This document shows positions 55,093 through 64,000 of a stretch of DNA of 64,000 nt, in pieces (the first letter of the stretch is position 1; each line of letters starts with the position of its first letter). Both the position numbers and the translations under genes were made by a program. The notes below the pieces were generated by a model, which was not told the origin of the DNA, did no database searches, and was given only the letters and a program-made list of their open reading frames with translations. The stretch comes from Clostridiales bacterium DTU053. Lineage in GTDB: Bacteria > Bacillota > Clostridia > Oscillospirales > Acutalibacteraceae. The DNA lies in the NCBI GenBank assembly GCA_001512765.1, contig LFSO01000019.1, forward strand, positions 70,969 to 134,968, in the 5' to 3' direction.

Positions 55093-56184
55093 ATGAAAAA
55101 GTACAAAGTAGGCATTATAGGCGCAACAGGAATGGTAGGTCAGAGGTTTGCTCTGATACTCGCAAACCACCCTTGGTATGAGGTAACCGTACTGGCGGCG
55201 AGCCCCAGATCCGCGGGCAAGACCTACAAAGAGGCGCTTGGAAATAGATGGGTTATGGAAGAGGCTCTGCCTGAAAACTTGGCGGACATCGTAGTTATGG
55301 ACGCAACGGCAGATATAGAGAAAATCGCAAAGAGCGTGGACTTTGTATTCTGCGCAGTCGATATGCCCAAAGAGGAGATTAAGGCTCTTGAGGAGGCATA
55401 CGCAAAGGCAGAGTGCCCCGTTATGTCCAACAACAGCGCTCACAGGTTCACAGAGGATGTGCCCATGCTTATCCCCGAGCTGAACCATGAGCATGCTGCG
55501 GTTATAGAGGCACAGAAAAAGCGTCTTGGAACAAAGCGCGGCTTTATTGCGGTTAAATCCAACTGCTCGCTTCAGAGCTATGTTCCCGCCCTCTATCCCG
55601 TTGACAAGAAGTTTAAGGTTAAGGATGTTCTGGTCTGCACCTATCAGGCAATTTCAGGCGCAGGCAAGACATTTGAAACATGGCCCGAGATGGTGGACAA
55701 TGTAATCCCCTACATCGGCGGAGAAGAAGAGAAGTCTGAAAAAGAGCCCCTCAAGATTTGGGGTAAGGTTGAAAACGGAAAGATTGTTAATGCATCCGAG
55801 CCGAACTTTACAGCACAGTGCATAAGAGTTCCCGTTACAAACGGTCACCTTGCCGCTGTGTTTGTAAGGTTTGAAAACAAGCCCTCAAAAGAAGAAATCC
55901 TTGAGATATGGAAAAACTTCAAGGGCAGGCCCCAGGAGCTGGAGCTCCCCTCCGCTCCCAAACAGTTCCTCCATTACTTTGAGGAGGACAATATGCCTCA
56001 GACAAAGCTGCACAGGAATCTTGAGAACGGCATGGCTGTGTCACTCGGCAGACTGCGCGAGGACACTCAGTATGACTATAAGTTCATCTGCCTGTCCCAC
56101 AACACACTCAGAGGCGCTGCGGGCGGCGCGGTTCTTATGGCTGAGCTGCTTTGCGCTGAGGGCTACATCACTCCCCGCGATTAA
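55093..56184 (+). CDS. asd: aspartate-semialdehyde dehydrogenase
   Basis: 363 aa from ATG 55093 (GGAGGA RBS). VGIIGATGMVGQ nucleotide site, an active-site Cys context (SNCS) and HNTLRGAAG. Confidence 0.93.
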   Translation: MKKYKVGIIGATGMVGQRFALILANHPWYEVTVLAASPRSAGKTYKEALGNRWVMEEALPENLADIVVMDATADIEKIAKSVDFVFCAVDMPKEEIKALEEAYAKAECPVMSNNSAHRFTEDVPMLIPELNHEHAAVIEAQKKRLGTKRGFIAVKSNCSLQSYVPALYPVDKKFKVKDVLVCTYQAISGAGKTFETWPEMVDNVIPYIGGEEEKSEKEPLKIWGKVENGKIVNASEPNFTAQCIRVPVTNGHLAAVFVRFENKPSKEEILEIWKNFKGRPQELELPSAPKQFLHYFEEDNMPQTKLHRNLENGMAVSLGRLREDTQYDYKFICLSHNTLRGAAGGAVLMAELLCAEGYITPRD

Positions 56185-56219
56185 CCTTTAAGCTACCTTT
56201 AATAAAAGGAGTAATTTTT

Positions 56220-57110
56220 ATGAAGGACTTACTGTTTACCGGTTCGGGCGTTGCAATTGTTACACCCTTTACCGAAGACGGCAGGGAAATTGATTTTCCC
56301 ATGCTTGAGAAACTTATAAACTTCCAGATTGAAAACCATACCGACGCAATCATTATTTGCGGCACAACAGGAGAAGGCTCAACGCTTACCCATGAGGAGC
56401 ACGCCGCGGCCATCGACTTTGCGGTAAAAGTAGTTGCGGGCAGAGTTCCCGTTATCGCGGGCACCGGCAGCAACGACACAGAGTATGCCGTAAAGCTCTC
56501 CAACGAGGCCGAGCGCTCCGGAGTTGACGGACTGTTAATGGTTACTCCTTATTACAACAAGACCTCTCAGGACGGTCTTATAGAGCACTACAACTACATA
56601 GCCGACAGAGTTTCGACACCGATTATATTATATAATGTCCCCAGCAGAACGGGTTTAGACATTAAGCCCTCAACATATCTTGAGCTTTCAAAGCATAAGA
56701 GAATAGTGGCGGCTAAAGAAGCCAACGGAAACATCTCCGCCATTGCTCAGACGGCAGCCCTTTGCGGCGACAATCTGCACATTTACTCGGGCAATGACGA
56801 CCAGATACTCGCCATCATGGCTCACGGCGGCAAGGGCGTAATTTCGGTTCTCGCAAATGTGGTGCCGAAAGCAGCTCACGATATTGCGGCCGCTTATCTT
56901 GAGGGCGATGTGGAGCGTTCAAGGAAACTGCAGTTCGAATATCTTGACCTTTGCAACGATTTGTTCATCGATGTAAACCCGATTCCCGTAAAAGAAGCCC
57001 TTAACATGATGGGCTTCAAGGTCGGTCCGTGCAGAAGGCCCTTGGCTCCCCTGTCAAAGGCTAACAGAGAAAAACTGGCCGCAACGCTTAAAAAGCACAA
57101 TCTTATTTAG
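56220..57110 (+). CDS. dapA: 4-hydroxy-tetrahydrodipicolinate synthase
   Basis: 296 aa. GSGVAIVTPF, GTTGE and YNVPSRTG motifs, with a Schiff-base Lys context (AAKEA). Confidence 0.95.
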   Translation: MKDLLFTGSGVAIVTPFTEDGREIDFPMLEKLINFQIENHTDAIIICGTTGEGSTLTHEEHAAAIDFAVKVVAGRVPVIAGTGSNDTEYAVKLSNEAERSGVDGLLMVTPYYNKTSQDGLIEHYNYIADRVSTPIILYNVPSRTGLDIKPSTYLELSKHKRIVAAKEANGNISAIAQTAALCGDNLHIYSGNDDQILAIMAHGGKGVISVLANVVPKAAHDIAAAYLEGDVERSRKLQFEYLDLCNDLFIDVNPIPVKEALNMMGFKVGPCRRPLAPLSKANREKLAATLKKHNLI

Positions 57111-57190
57111 TAAAAAGCCTAAACGGGTGACCGTTTAGGCTAAAATATAGATTCTGCTTTTTGGAAATTGAGTATAAAGGATGATTCAGG

Positions 57191-57949
57191 TTGCTTAGGA
57201 TTATATTAAGAGGCTGTTCCGGAAAAATGGGCAGGGTTGTGACAGAGGTCGCGTCCACACAGGAGGATTTGAGAATTGTCGCCGGCGTTGATGTTATAGA
57301 CAACGCCTCAATGCCCTACCCAATATTCACGAGCTTCTCTGAGGTTCCCGTTGAAGCCGAAGTTGTCGTGGATTTCTCCAATCCCTCAAACCTTGATGAT
57401 TTTTTGAACTTCCTTACAAAAAAGAAAATGCCTGCGGTTATAGCGTCCACGGGCTTTTCCGACGAGCAGCTTGAGAGGATTGCCGAGGCGGCAACGGAAA
57501 CTCCCATATTCATGGCTTCAAATATGTCTATCGGAATAAACCTCCTCGCTGAGCTTGCAAAAACCGCGGCCAAGGTGCTGGGCGGCTCCTTTGATATTGA
57601 AATTGTTGAGGCTCATCACAATCAAAAGCTGGACGCTCCCAGCGGAACCGCAAAGACCCTCGCCAAAGCGGTTGAAGCGGGTCTTGATTACGAGCCCATA
57701 TACACATACGACCGTCATGACAGACGGGCAAAGCGCGACAAGCATGAAATAGGCATGCATGCCATAAGAGGCGGCACAATTGTCGGAGAACATGAGATTA
57801 TCTTTGCGGGAAACGACGAGGTAATAAAACTCTCCCACAGCGCACTGTCAAAGAACATCTTCGCGGAGGGCGCGCTGAACGCCGCAAGATACATAGTAAA
57901 GAAACAGCCGGGGCTGTATTCGATGCATGATTTAGTTTCAGAATCCTAA
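57191..57949 (+). CDS. dapB: 4-hydroxy-tetrahydrodipicolinate reductase
   Basis: 252 aa. A TTG start is required to include the GCSGKMGR nucleotide loop. EAHHNQKLDAPSGTA signature. Confidence 0.9.
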   Translation: MLRIILRGCSGKMGRVVTEVASTQEDLRIVAGVDVIDNASMPYPIFTSFSEVPVEAEVVVDFSNPSNLDDFLNFLTKKKMPAVIASTGFSDEQLERIAEAATETPIFMASNMSIGINLLAELAKTAAKVLGGSFDIEIVEAHHNQKLDAPSGTAKTLAKAVEAGLDYEPIYTYDRHDRRAKRDKHEIGMHAIRGGTIVGEHEIIFAGNDEVIKLSHSALSKNIFAEGALNAARYIVKKQPGLYSMHDLVSES

Positions 57950-57963
57950 TAAGGAGGGTCACA

Positions 57964-58437
57964 ATGGAAAACAACACTTCGCTTGAGTTACTTGAAGATG
58001 TAACTCTGATAACCCTGCAGGATTGCCCTGCCGATGCGGCTAAAATTGCTTATCTTTTCAAGATTATTGCCGATGAAGGCATTGATGTGGATATGATTTC
58101 TCAGATAGCCACCCCCAAAAGGACCTTTGAGCTTTCCTTTACCGTCAGCGGCGATGACTTCGGCAAGATTCTGGACATTGCCACAAAGCTGAGAAAGGAA
58201 GAGCCTGAACTTAAACTCAATGTAAGCAACGGCAATTCAAAAATCACCGTTTCGGCAGAATGGATGAAGAACTGCCCCGGAATCGCAGCAAAGGTACTGG
58301 ATATAGTATCGAAAGCCTCTGCGGATATTATGATGATTACCACATCCGAAACTGAGATTTCGATTCTTGTGCCCCAGGCAGACGGCGACAATACCTTAGC
58401 CGCGCTTGAGAAAGAATTTGTGGAATGCTCCGCTTAG
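57964..58437 (+). CDS. stand-alone tandem ACT-domain protein (aspartokinase regulatory/beta-subunit-like)
   Basis: 157 aa. Two ACT repeats resemble the aspartokinase C-terminus (ITLQDCPADAAKIAYLFKIIADEGIDVDMISQ and NCPGIAAKVLDIVSKASADIMMITTSETEISILV). No kinase domain. Confidence 0.7.
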   Translation: MENNTSLELLEDVTLITLQDCPADAAKIAYLFKIIADEGIDVDMISQIATPKRTFELSFTVSGDDFGKILDIATKLRKEEPELKLNVSNGNSKITVSAEWMKNCPGIAAKVLDIVSKASADIMMITTSETEISILVPQADGDNTLAALEKEFVECSA

Positions 58438-58454
58438 TATAATCCAAAATCAAG

Positions 58455-58482
58455 CACCCCGAGAATAACTCGGGGTGTTTTT
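58455..58482 (+). terminator. intrinsic terminator after the asd-dap operon
   Basis: CACCCCGAG-aataa-CTCGGGGTG followed by TTTTT. Confidence 0.8.
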
Positions 58483-58496
58483 GCATTTTAGGCTTA

Positions 58497-59588
58497 TTAT
58501 TGATTTGGCTCCGTGCCGCTGAGCTTTGCTTTGAAATACTGCCTGTTGTGCTCCACTGCCTGAGAATCCGGCTTAAAGCTGGCGGCAATCTCGTTGTAAT
58601 GATTCGCGCGCAGTGTATCGCCTATGGCGTCGTAGCATACCACAAGCTCAAGGGCGGGAATATAGCCCCAGTAGTCATCGTAGAAAAATCCCCAGCTGTC
58701 CTTCGGCTTTTGCAGCCTGAGTGCGGTTTCAAACCAGTAAATCGCCTGATGGTATGCCCGATGAAACTTGAAGTAATAGCCTATCTGACATACGATTTCC
58801 GCCCTCGGAAGGTCATAGAGAAAACTCCTTGTGAGGGCATGGAAAGACTCCTCCCATCTGCCCAAAAGCAGAAGGCATTTTGACCTTTCAAGGCAGGCGT
58901 TGATATTGTCCTCCACCCAGCCCTTGTTGGAGTCAAGGAATTTAAGGAACATATCGGCGGCTTCTTCATAGCGGCCGTTGTCCTTGAGTTCCCGCGCGTA
59001 GTAGTATGTTCCGCGGGGGCTGAGTTCTCCTTTTTCTTTAAGCTGCTTTTCGTAGATTCTAAGGTTCCTGTCGCTAAAGCCCCTGTGCTTTTTTGTGTGG
59101 GTAACGGCTATATCCACATTGATTGACTTGCCCGTAAAGGCAAGATATTCGTGAACGGGCTCCATCCATATAAAGCCCTTGTCACGCCTTGCGAGCCTTT
59201 CTCTGTAATAGGAAAAGGTCACATTGCCGTTTTCGTCAAAGCCCACATTGTACTTCATAAAAACCATATCTATGTCGGGGGAAAGGGTTTGTTTCAGCTC
59301 CAAGAATTTGCGCTTATCCTCGGGCAGAATCACATCATCGGCGTCAAGCCACATAACATATTCCTTTGTGGCCTTGGAGCAGGCAAAATTCCTCGCGGCG
59401 GAAAAGTCGTCTATCCACTCAAAATCGAATATCTTGTCGGTAAATTTGCTTGCCACCTCTTTTGTTTTGTCCGTAGAACCCGTATCCACTATAACTATTT
59501 CATCCACAATGTCCTTTACGCTTTCAAGGCAGTTGCCGAGGGTGTTCTCCTCATTTTTAACAATCATTGCAAGACTTATTGTAATCAC
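58497..59588 (-). CDS. family-2 glycosyltransferase fused to TPR-like repeats
   Basis: 363 aa. GT2 N-terminus (ISLAMIVKNEE...VDTGSTD...WLDADD) and a helical repeat C-terminus. Confidence 0.7.
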   Translation of the reverse strand: MITISLAMIVKNEENTLGNCLESVKDIVDEIVIVDTGSTDKTKEVASKFTDKIFDFEWIDDFSAARNFACSKATKEYVMWLDADDVILPEDKRKFLELKQTLSPDIDMVFMKYNVGFDENGNVTFSYYRERLARRDKGFIWMEPVHEYLAFTGKSINVDIAVTHTKKHRGFSDRNLRIYEKQLKEKGELSPRGTYYYARELKDNGRYEEAADMFLKFLDSNKGWVEDNINACLERSKCLLLLGRWEESFHALTRSFLYDLPRAEIVCQIGYYFKFHRAYHQAIYWFETALRLQKPKDSWGFFYDDYWGYIPALELVVCYDAIGDTLRANHYNEIAASFKPDSQAVEHNRQYFKAKLSGTEPNQ

Positions 59589-59749
59589 CTGAAAACCCTC
59601 TTTCCGCTAAAGTCAGATTCCCTTTCAGTCTATGCGGGGAAAAGTCGTACCGTGACGCAAAGCCAATCTAAAGGACAAAACAGGTATGTACGGGGAAGTT
59701 TGGACATATATATTGATGGAAGGGCAAGCCATTAAATTTTGAATTCGGG

Positions 59750-60619
59750 GTGAATAGATTGAAGCTGCTGATACTTACAAAAAAACATCTGCTTGTTGCA
59801 ATTGCGGTTTGCATTGCTTTATGCCTTGCCGTAATTGGAGTTTCAAAGGGTCTGTCGGTCGCCGTATCGGCTCCGAAACGAGAGATTCCCATTTACAGCG
59901 TGGCAACGGATGAGAAAAAGGTCGCCCTTACCTTTAACGCCGCGTGGAGCGACAGCGACATTGACGAGATTATTTCGGTACTTAAAAAGTTTAAGGTTAA
60001 GGCAACATTCTTCATCGTGGGAGAATTCGCGGACAAATATCCCGAAGCTGTTAGGAAGCTGAGCAACGCAGGTCATGAAATCGCAAACCACTCTGACAAA
60101 CATGCGAACATGACCAAAATGAAATATGAGGACATAAAGGCGGATATTGCCGCGTCCAACGAAAAATTAAAGAAGCTGACGGGCAAAACTCCTGATTTGT
60201 TCAGGGCGCCTTACGGCGACTACAATAATGATGTTGTAAAGGCCGCAAAGTCGCTCTCAATGTTTGCGATTCAGTGGGATGTCGACAGCCTTGACTACAA
60301 GGATTTATCTGCTGAGGACATAAAGAAAAGGGTTGTGCCCAAGGTTCAAAACGGCTCCATAGTTTTATTCCACACCGACACCCTTTCAACCGCAAAGGCG
60401 CTGCCGTCAATCATTAAGGAGCTGCAAGAAAAGGGCTATGAGCTTGTAACCGTTGGCGAGCTGATTTACAAGGAGAATTACAGCATTGACCATACAGGCA
60501 AGCAGAGCAAGGTAACGGCGCCCACAACCGCGCCGCCTACAACGGCAGAGCAAACAACGGCAGTACCCACAACCGCGGCCGAAACGAAAGCCACAGAGCC
60601 TACTACAAAGAAGAAATAA
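59750..60619 (+). CDS. polysaccharide deacetylase (CE4, peptidoglycan deacetylase-like), membrane anchored
   Basis: 289 aa with a GTG start. N-terminal TM helix, NodB motifs (TFNAAWSD, HEIANHSDKH, RAPYG, LFHTD) and a Thr/Pro/Ala-rich tail. Confidence 0.8.
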   Translation: MNRLKLLILTKKHLLVAIAVCIALCLAVIGVSKGLSVAVSAPKREIPIYSVATDEKKVALTFNAAWSDSDIDEIISVLKKFKVKATFFIVGEFADKYPEAVRKLSNAGHEIANHSDKHANMTKMKYEDIKADIAASNEKLKKLTGKTPDLFRAPYGDYNNDVVKAAKSLSMFAIQWDVDSLDYKDLSAEDIKKRVVPKVQNGSIVLFHTDTLSTAKALPSIIKELQEKGYELVTVGELIYKENYSIDHTGKQSKVTAPTTAPPTTAEQTTAVPTTAAETKATEPTTKKK

Positions 60620-60623
60620 ATAA

Positions 60624-60655
60624 AGCCGCCCTTTAGGGCGGCTCTTTTATCTTTT
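60624..60655. terminator. terminator between convergent genes
   Basis: AGCCGCCC-ttta-GGGCGGCT followed by CTTTTATCTTTTT. Confidence 0.75.
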
Positions 60656-61641
60656 TACCAGCCTGTGACTTCTCTGAAAACATCCCATGAGGGGTATTCA
60701 TAGAACCTGTGACCTTCGTCGCCGGGGACAAGCCTGATTTTGTCCTCCGCGCCGAATTTCTTATAGATTTCTTTGGCAACCTCGTATGCCTTCAGAACGC
60801 CGTGCTCAGGGAAGATATTGTCCTTTTTGCCGTAGACCACGACAAGGGGACGGGGCGCTAGAAGGACCGCAAGGTCAGCCATTTCAAAGTATTTAAGCAT
60901 GCCGGGCATAAAGTTGCACTGGCAGTGGGATATGCTGAAAATCGAGTCCTCTACTGTGCAGAAGGCGCAGGAGGGCATAAGAGCCTTGATTCTGTCCTCT
61001 GTGCAGGAGGCATAATAGGTTGCGGTTCCGCCGCCGCTGTTGCCCATAATGCCGATTCTGTCTGTATCGGCAAAGGGCATGTCGGCCGCTATGTCGATGG
61101 CTCTTGAGACATCGAGAGCTCTCTCCCCTATTGTTGTTCTTCCAAGAAGTATTGCCTGCATTGCGGGGATGTGGCAGCCGCCCCTTCTAAAATTTTCGGG
61201 ACCTGAACACTCGCCGAAATTCCTCTGTTCGATAATCAAAGCGGCAAAGCCTCTTTCCACCGCCTGGAGGGCAAAGTTTCTGTCGCCCTGATTATCCTTT
61301 TCCTCCTCCTCGCTTCTGAAACGACCCAGGGAAATGTGCATTCCCGGGGAATGTCCCTGAAGGCAGATGATGACGGGGACCTTGTGGGTTAAGTTCTTGG
61401 GATAAAGGTAGTGACCGGGCACGAAATATGATGGCTCACTTTCAAACTGAAATCTAATTTCATGATAATCTTCGTGCTCCTTTTCATACTCGATTATGGC
61501 GGGAGAAGAAAGGGTTTTCTCGGGCTTTCTTATAACCTCGGCGAAGGCTTTCCTTACTTCCTCTCTCCACTCATATAAATCCCTGTCCTTATTTTTCTCA
61601 AAGGTAAGGGCGGGGGGGATTGTTCTTGAGCAAAATCTCAT
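60655..61641 (-). CDS. alpha/beta hydrolase (acetyl-esterase / dienelactone-hydrolase-like)
   Basis: 328 aa. Nucleophile elbow GNSGGG and a late HRFYE histidine context. The substrate is not assignable. Confidence 0.55.
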   Translation of the reverse strand: MRFCSRTIPPALTFEKNKDRDLYEWREEVRKAFAEVIRKPEKTLSSPAIIEYEKEHEDYHEIRFQFESEPSYFVPGHYLYPKNLTHKVPVIICLQGHSPGMHISLGRFRSEEEEKDNQGDRNFALQAVERGFAALIIEQRNFGECSGPENFRRGGCHIPAMQAILLGRTTIGERALDVSRAIDIAADMPFADTDRIGIMGNSGGGTATYYASCTEDRIKALMPSCAFCTVEDSIFSISHCQCNFMPGMLKYFEMADLAVLLAPRPLVVVYGKKDNIFPEHGVLKAYEVAKEIYKKFGAEDKIRLVPGDEGHRFYEYPSWDVFREVTGW

Positions 61642-61806
61642 GTAATGTGAAAGGACTGTTGTTCATTATTACCCTTCTTTCGGTTTAGCTGTTATAAGAA
61701 AATAATACCACCTATTTTATGTCAATGCAATAAACTCAAGTCATTATTGCACCTTTTATGCCTATATGTTAAAATATCAACAGTTTACAAATCTTGGAGG
61801 CAGGGT

Positions 61807-63291
61807 ATGAGTTATGCTTCTTTTCAGGTTTTCCAAAGCGGGAAGCTCTTTGGCTTAAAAGCTGAAAAGGGGCAAAATCTGCTCCGAGCTCTTAGAGAAA
61901 GAGGCTTTGTGATTAAAGCAGACTGCTCGGGCGCATATACCTGCGGGAAATGCAAGGTAAAGATTGAGCCGTCACCTGAGCCGACAGAAGCGGATAAAAG
62001 GCTCTTAACAGAGTCTGAAATTGCGGGCGGCATAAGACTTGCCTGCGCTCATGAGGTTTTTGACGGTATTACAGTTACCCTGCCCGATACAGAAGAAATA
62101 AAGTCTGCGGTTATTCAGAGTGTTAATATAAAGGCTGAGGGTGTTTTAAAGGCTGCGCTTGATATAGGAACCACTACCCTCTCCCTTTGTTTATTTAATC
62201 AAAAGGGCGAGATTTTGGGCAGCGTTTCGGGAAACAACCCTCAAAGCTCCTTTGGGGCGGATGTTATTTCGAGGATAAAGGCTGAAAGGGATTTCCCCGG
62301 CGTTCAGCATAACTTGCTGATTTCTAAAACTAACGAAATGAGCGAAAGTTTCTTTGCGGACCTTGGCATATCGAAGCCCTTGGATTTATTTGTCTGCGGA
62401 AATACGGTCATGCTCCACTTCTTCTTTGGAGAAAGTCCCGTTTCGATGGGTGAATATCCTTATACCCCTGTTTTTCTTGAGTCAAAAACAGCAGATGGCG
62501 GCGAAATCGGGCTTAAAGGCTTTGACAAGGTCTGCTCCCTCTCCTGCCTTGCGCCCTTTGCCGGGGCGGACATTACGGCGGGAATTCTGAGTCTGTATGA
62601 AGAAACCGACGATTACAAATTGCTTATTGACCTTGGCACGAACGCGGAGATTGCCCTTTTTAATAAAGAGCGCTGCTTTGTGGCGACCGCAGCCGCTGGT
62701 CCCGCTTTTGAGGGGGCTAACATAAGGTGCGGCATGCCGTCAATCTCGGGCGCTGTGAAGGCTTTTAAGCTAATCAACGGCAACATCTATGCCGAAACCA
62801 TTGACAATAAAGAGCTAAGGGGCATTTGCGGCTCGGGGCTTATAAGCATTGCCGCGGAGCTAATAAGAAACAGAATTGTTGACAAGACGGGGCGGATGTT
62901 TGCAAGCCGCTTTGAGATAAGCGAGAATGTGGCTATATACCCAGAGGATATCAGAGAACTGCAGCTCAGCAAGGCTGCCGTAAGGGCTGCCGCTGAGGAG
63001 ATAATCGAAAGGTCGGGTATCGGATATTCCGATATTTCAAGACTCTGTCTTTCGGGTGGCTTCGGAACATATATAAATATGGATGACGCTGCATTCTTGG
63101 GGCTTTTCCCGCCTGAGCTGAAAGAAAAGGCAGAAGGAATCGGCAATTCTGCGATTAGAGGATGCGTCATGTATGCCTCGGATGAAAAAATAAGGTCTGC
63201 CGCAGAAAGGATTGTCAAGTCTGCTCAGGTCTTTGACCTTGCGGTTTTGTCTGATTTTTCAGAGAAGCTGATTAAACATATAGACTTTTAA
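61807..63291 (+). CDS. 2Fe-2S ferredoxin-ASKHA ATPase fusion (DUF4445; RACo-like reductive activator of corrinoid proteins)
   Basis: About 494 aa from ATG 61807 (GGAGG RBS). Plant-type ferredoxin Cys pattern (CSGAYTCGKCKV...LAC), then ASKHA phosphate-1 DIGTTT and later DLGTNAE motifs. Confidence 0.65.
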   Translation: MSYASFQVFQSGKLFGLKAEKGQNLLRALRERGFVIKADCSGAYTCGKCKVKIEPSPEPTEADKRLLTESEIAGGIRLACAHEVFDGITVTLPDTEEIKSAVIQSVNIKAEGVLKAALDIGTTTLSLCLFNQKGEILGSVSGNNPQSSFGADVISRIKAERDFPGVQHNLLISKTNEMSESFFADLGISKPLDLFVCGNTVMLHFFFGESPVSMGEYPYTPVFLESKTADGGEIGLKGFDKVCSLSCLAPFAGADITAGILSLYEETDDYKLLIDLGTNAEIALFNKERCFVATAAAGPAFEGANIRCGMPSISGAVKAFKLINGNIYAETIDNKELRGICGSGLISIAAELIRNRIVDKTGRMFASRFEISENVAIYPEDIRELQLSKAAVRAAAEEIIERSGIGYSDISRLCLSGGFGTYINMDDAAFLGLFPPELKEKAEGIGNSAIRGCVMYASDEKIRSAAERIVKSAQVFDLAVLSDFSEKLIKHIDF

Positions 63292-63307
63292 AGAAAGGAA
63301 AATCGCC

Positions 63308-64000
63308 ATGTCTTTATCTGTTATGACGGGTGCCAGCGGGCATGTGGGTTACGCATTGCTTAAAGAACTTACCGCGAACAATGTAAACACAAGAATCTTA
63401 ATCAGAAAAGACATAAGTATCTTCAAAGGCATACCCTGCGAAAAGGTTTTCGGCGATGTAACCGACAAGGAGTCGCTTGTTAAAGCCTTTGAGGGCGCTG
63501 ACATCGTTTATCATCTTGCCGGACTTATTGATATTAAAGGCGGCAATGAGGAAATGGTGCGCAAAATCAATGTTGAGGGCACCAGAAATGTGGTTGAAGC
63601 CTGCATTCAGTGCGGAGTAAAAAGGCTTGTCTATATGTCATCGGTGGATGTTTACATACCCCTGCCGGGCAATGAGCCGATGACTGAGGTTAACAGATTC
63701 TATCCCGACAAGCTGGAGGGCGACTACGCCAAAACAAAGGCAGAGGCTACAAATCTTGTGTTTGACGCGGAGGGCAAGAACGGTCTTGAAGTGGTCGTTG
63801 TCTACCCCGGCGCATGCTTTGGCCCATATGATTTCAAGATTTCAAGCATCGGCGAAATGATTAGAAACTACATGGACGGAAAGTTCCCCATATCTCTGGG
63901 CTTTGGCGGATATAATTTTGTGGATGTAAGAGATGTGGCAAAGGGTACATATCTTGCGGCGATAAAGGGCAGGTCGGGAGAAGGTTATCTGCTGACCGGC
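63308..64000 (+). CDS. NAD-dependent epimerase/dehydratase-family SDR (3' end outside the window)
   Basis: Manual translation gives MSLSVMTGASGHVGYALLKEL..., with a TGxxGxxG nucleotide loop and YAKTK (YxxxK) catalytic motif. The frame is open to the window end and is not in the ORF track. Confidence 0.75.
   Translation, partial: MSLSVMTGASGHVGYALLKELTANNVNTRILIRKDISIFKGIPCEKVFGDVTDKESLVKAFEGADIVYHLAGLIDIKGGNEEMVRKINVEGTRNVVEACIQCGVKRLVYMSSVDVYIPLPGNEPMTEVNRFYPDKLEGDYAKTKAEATNLVFDAEGKNGLEVVVVYPGACFGPYDFKISSIGEMIRNYMDGKFPISLGFGGYNFVDVRDVAKGTYLAAIKGRSGEGYLLTG

Noticed and set aside
57116-57141. Perfect 11-bp hairpin AGCCTAAACGG-gtga-CCGTTTAGGCT between dapA and dapB
   Set aside because: On the coding (plus) strand it is followed by AAAATA rather than a U-tract. 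The U-tract exists only on the minus strand, where there is no gene to terminate. It is probably an mRNA-stabilising or processing hairpin, or a relic, and is not called as a terminator.
59654-59664. GACGCAAAGCC upstream of the deacetylase gene, resembling the conserved ACGCAAAGC of c-di-GMP-I (GEMM) riboswitches
   Set aside because: The partner GCAAAnC element and the GNRA-tetraloop hairpin that should precede it are absent, and the flanking pairing is weak. A 9-mer match alone is compatible with chance in a window of this size.

Overview
This is a 64-kb chromosomal segment from a Firmicute, most likely class Clostridia. The evidence is a SCIFF peptide/maturase pair, a SpoIIM-like gene, a rex-hydCBA bifurcating [FeFe]-hydrogenase operon, GGAGG ribosome-binding sites and AT-rich intergenic DNA. 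Finer taxonomy cannot be called from sequence alone. The window is almost entirely housekeeping. On the minus strand it holds yajC (partial), a DUF3298 gene, and a nine-gene branched-chain amino-acid operon ilvB-ilvN-ilvC-ilvD-leuA-cimA-leuC-leuD-leuB. Next on the plus strand come nifS-nifU, an SH3b membrane protein, scfA/scfB (SCIFF ranthipeptide) and a SpoIIM-like gene. These are followed by a divergent thioredoxin-reductase-like/thioredoxin pair and a P2-type cation ATPase behind a candidate Mn2+ riboswitch. After that come a secreted metallophosphoesterase, manA, rpsO-pnp, aroQ, a GH38 alpha-mannosidase, and glmU'(C-terminal half)-pth-mfd. A polar amino-acid ABC transporter follows, then cvpA, pgsA, a ClpE-like ATPase, a GPH sugar symporter and an AGCS alanine symporter. 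The right-hand part holds rex-hydC-hydB-hydA, tgt, queA, asd-dapA-dapB-ACT, a GT2-TPR protein, a CE4 deacetylase, an alpha/beta hydrolase, a RACo-like ASKHA/2Fe-2S protein and a partial SDR epimerase. I saw no rRNA, tRNA, CRISPR array, transposase or prophage genes. The items most worth a second look are: (1) a 45-codon Ile/Val/Leu-rich leader ORF plus terminator in front of ilvB, suggesting ribosome-mediated attenuation, with no T-box motif seen. (2) The un-tracked 46-aa SCIFF precursor. (3) A TrxR homologue lacking both NADPH motifs. (4) A yybP-ykoY-like element before the ATPase. (5) A stand-alone GlmU acetyltransferase half. (6) A circularly permuted amino-acid-binding lipoprotein bracketed by a perfect 18-bp inverted repeat. 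All function calls rest on motif recognition by eye and on gene context; no database search was run.
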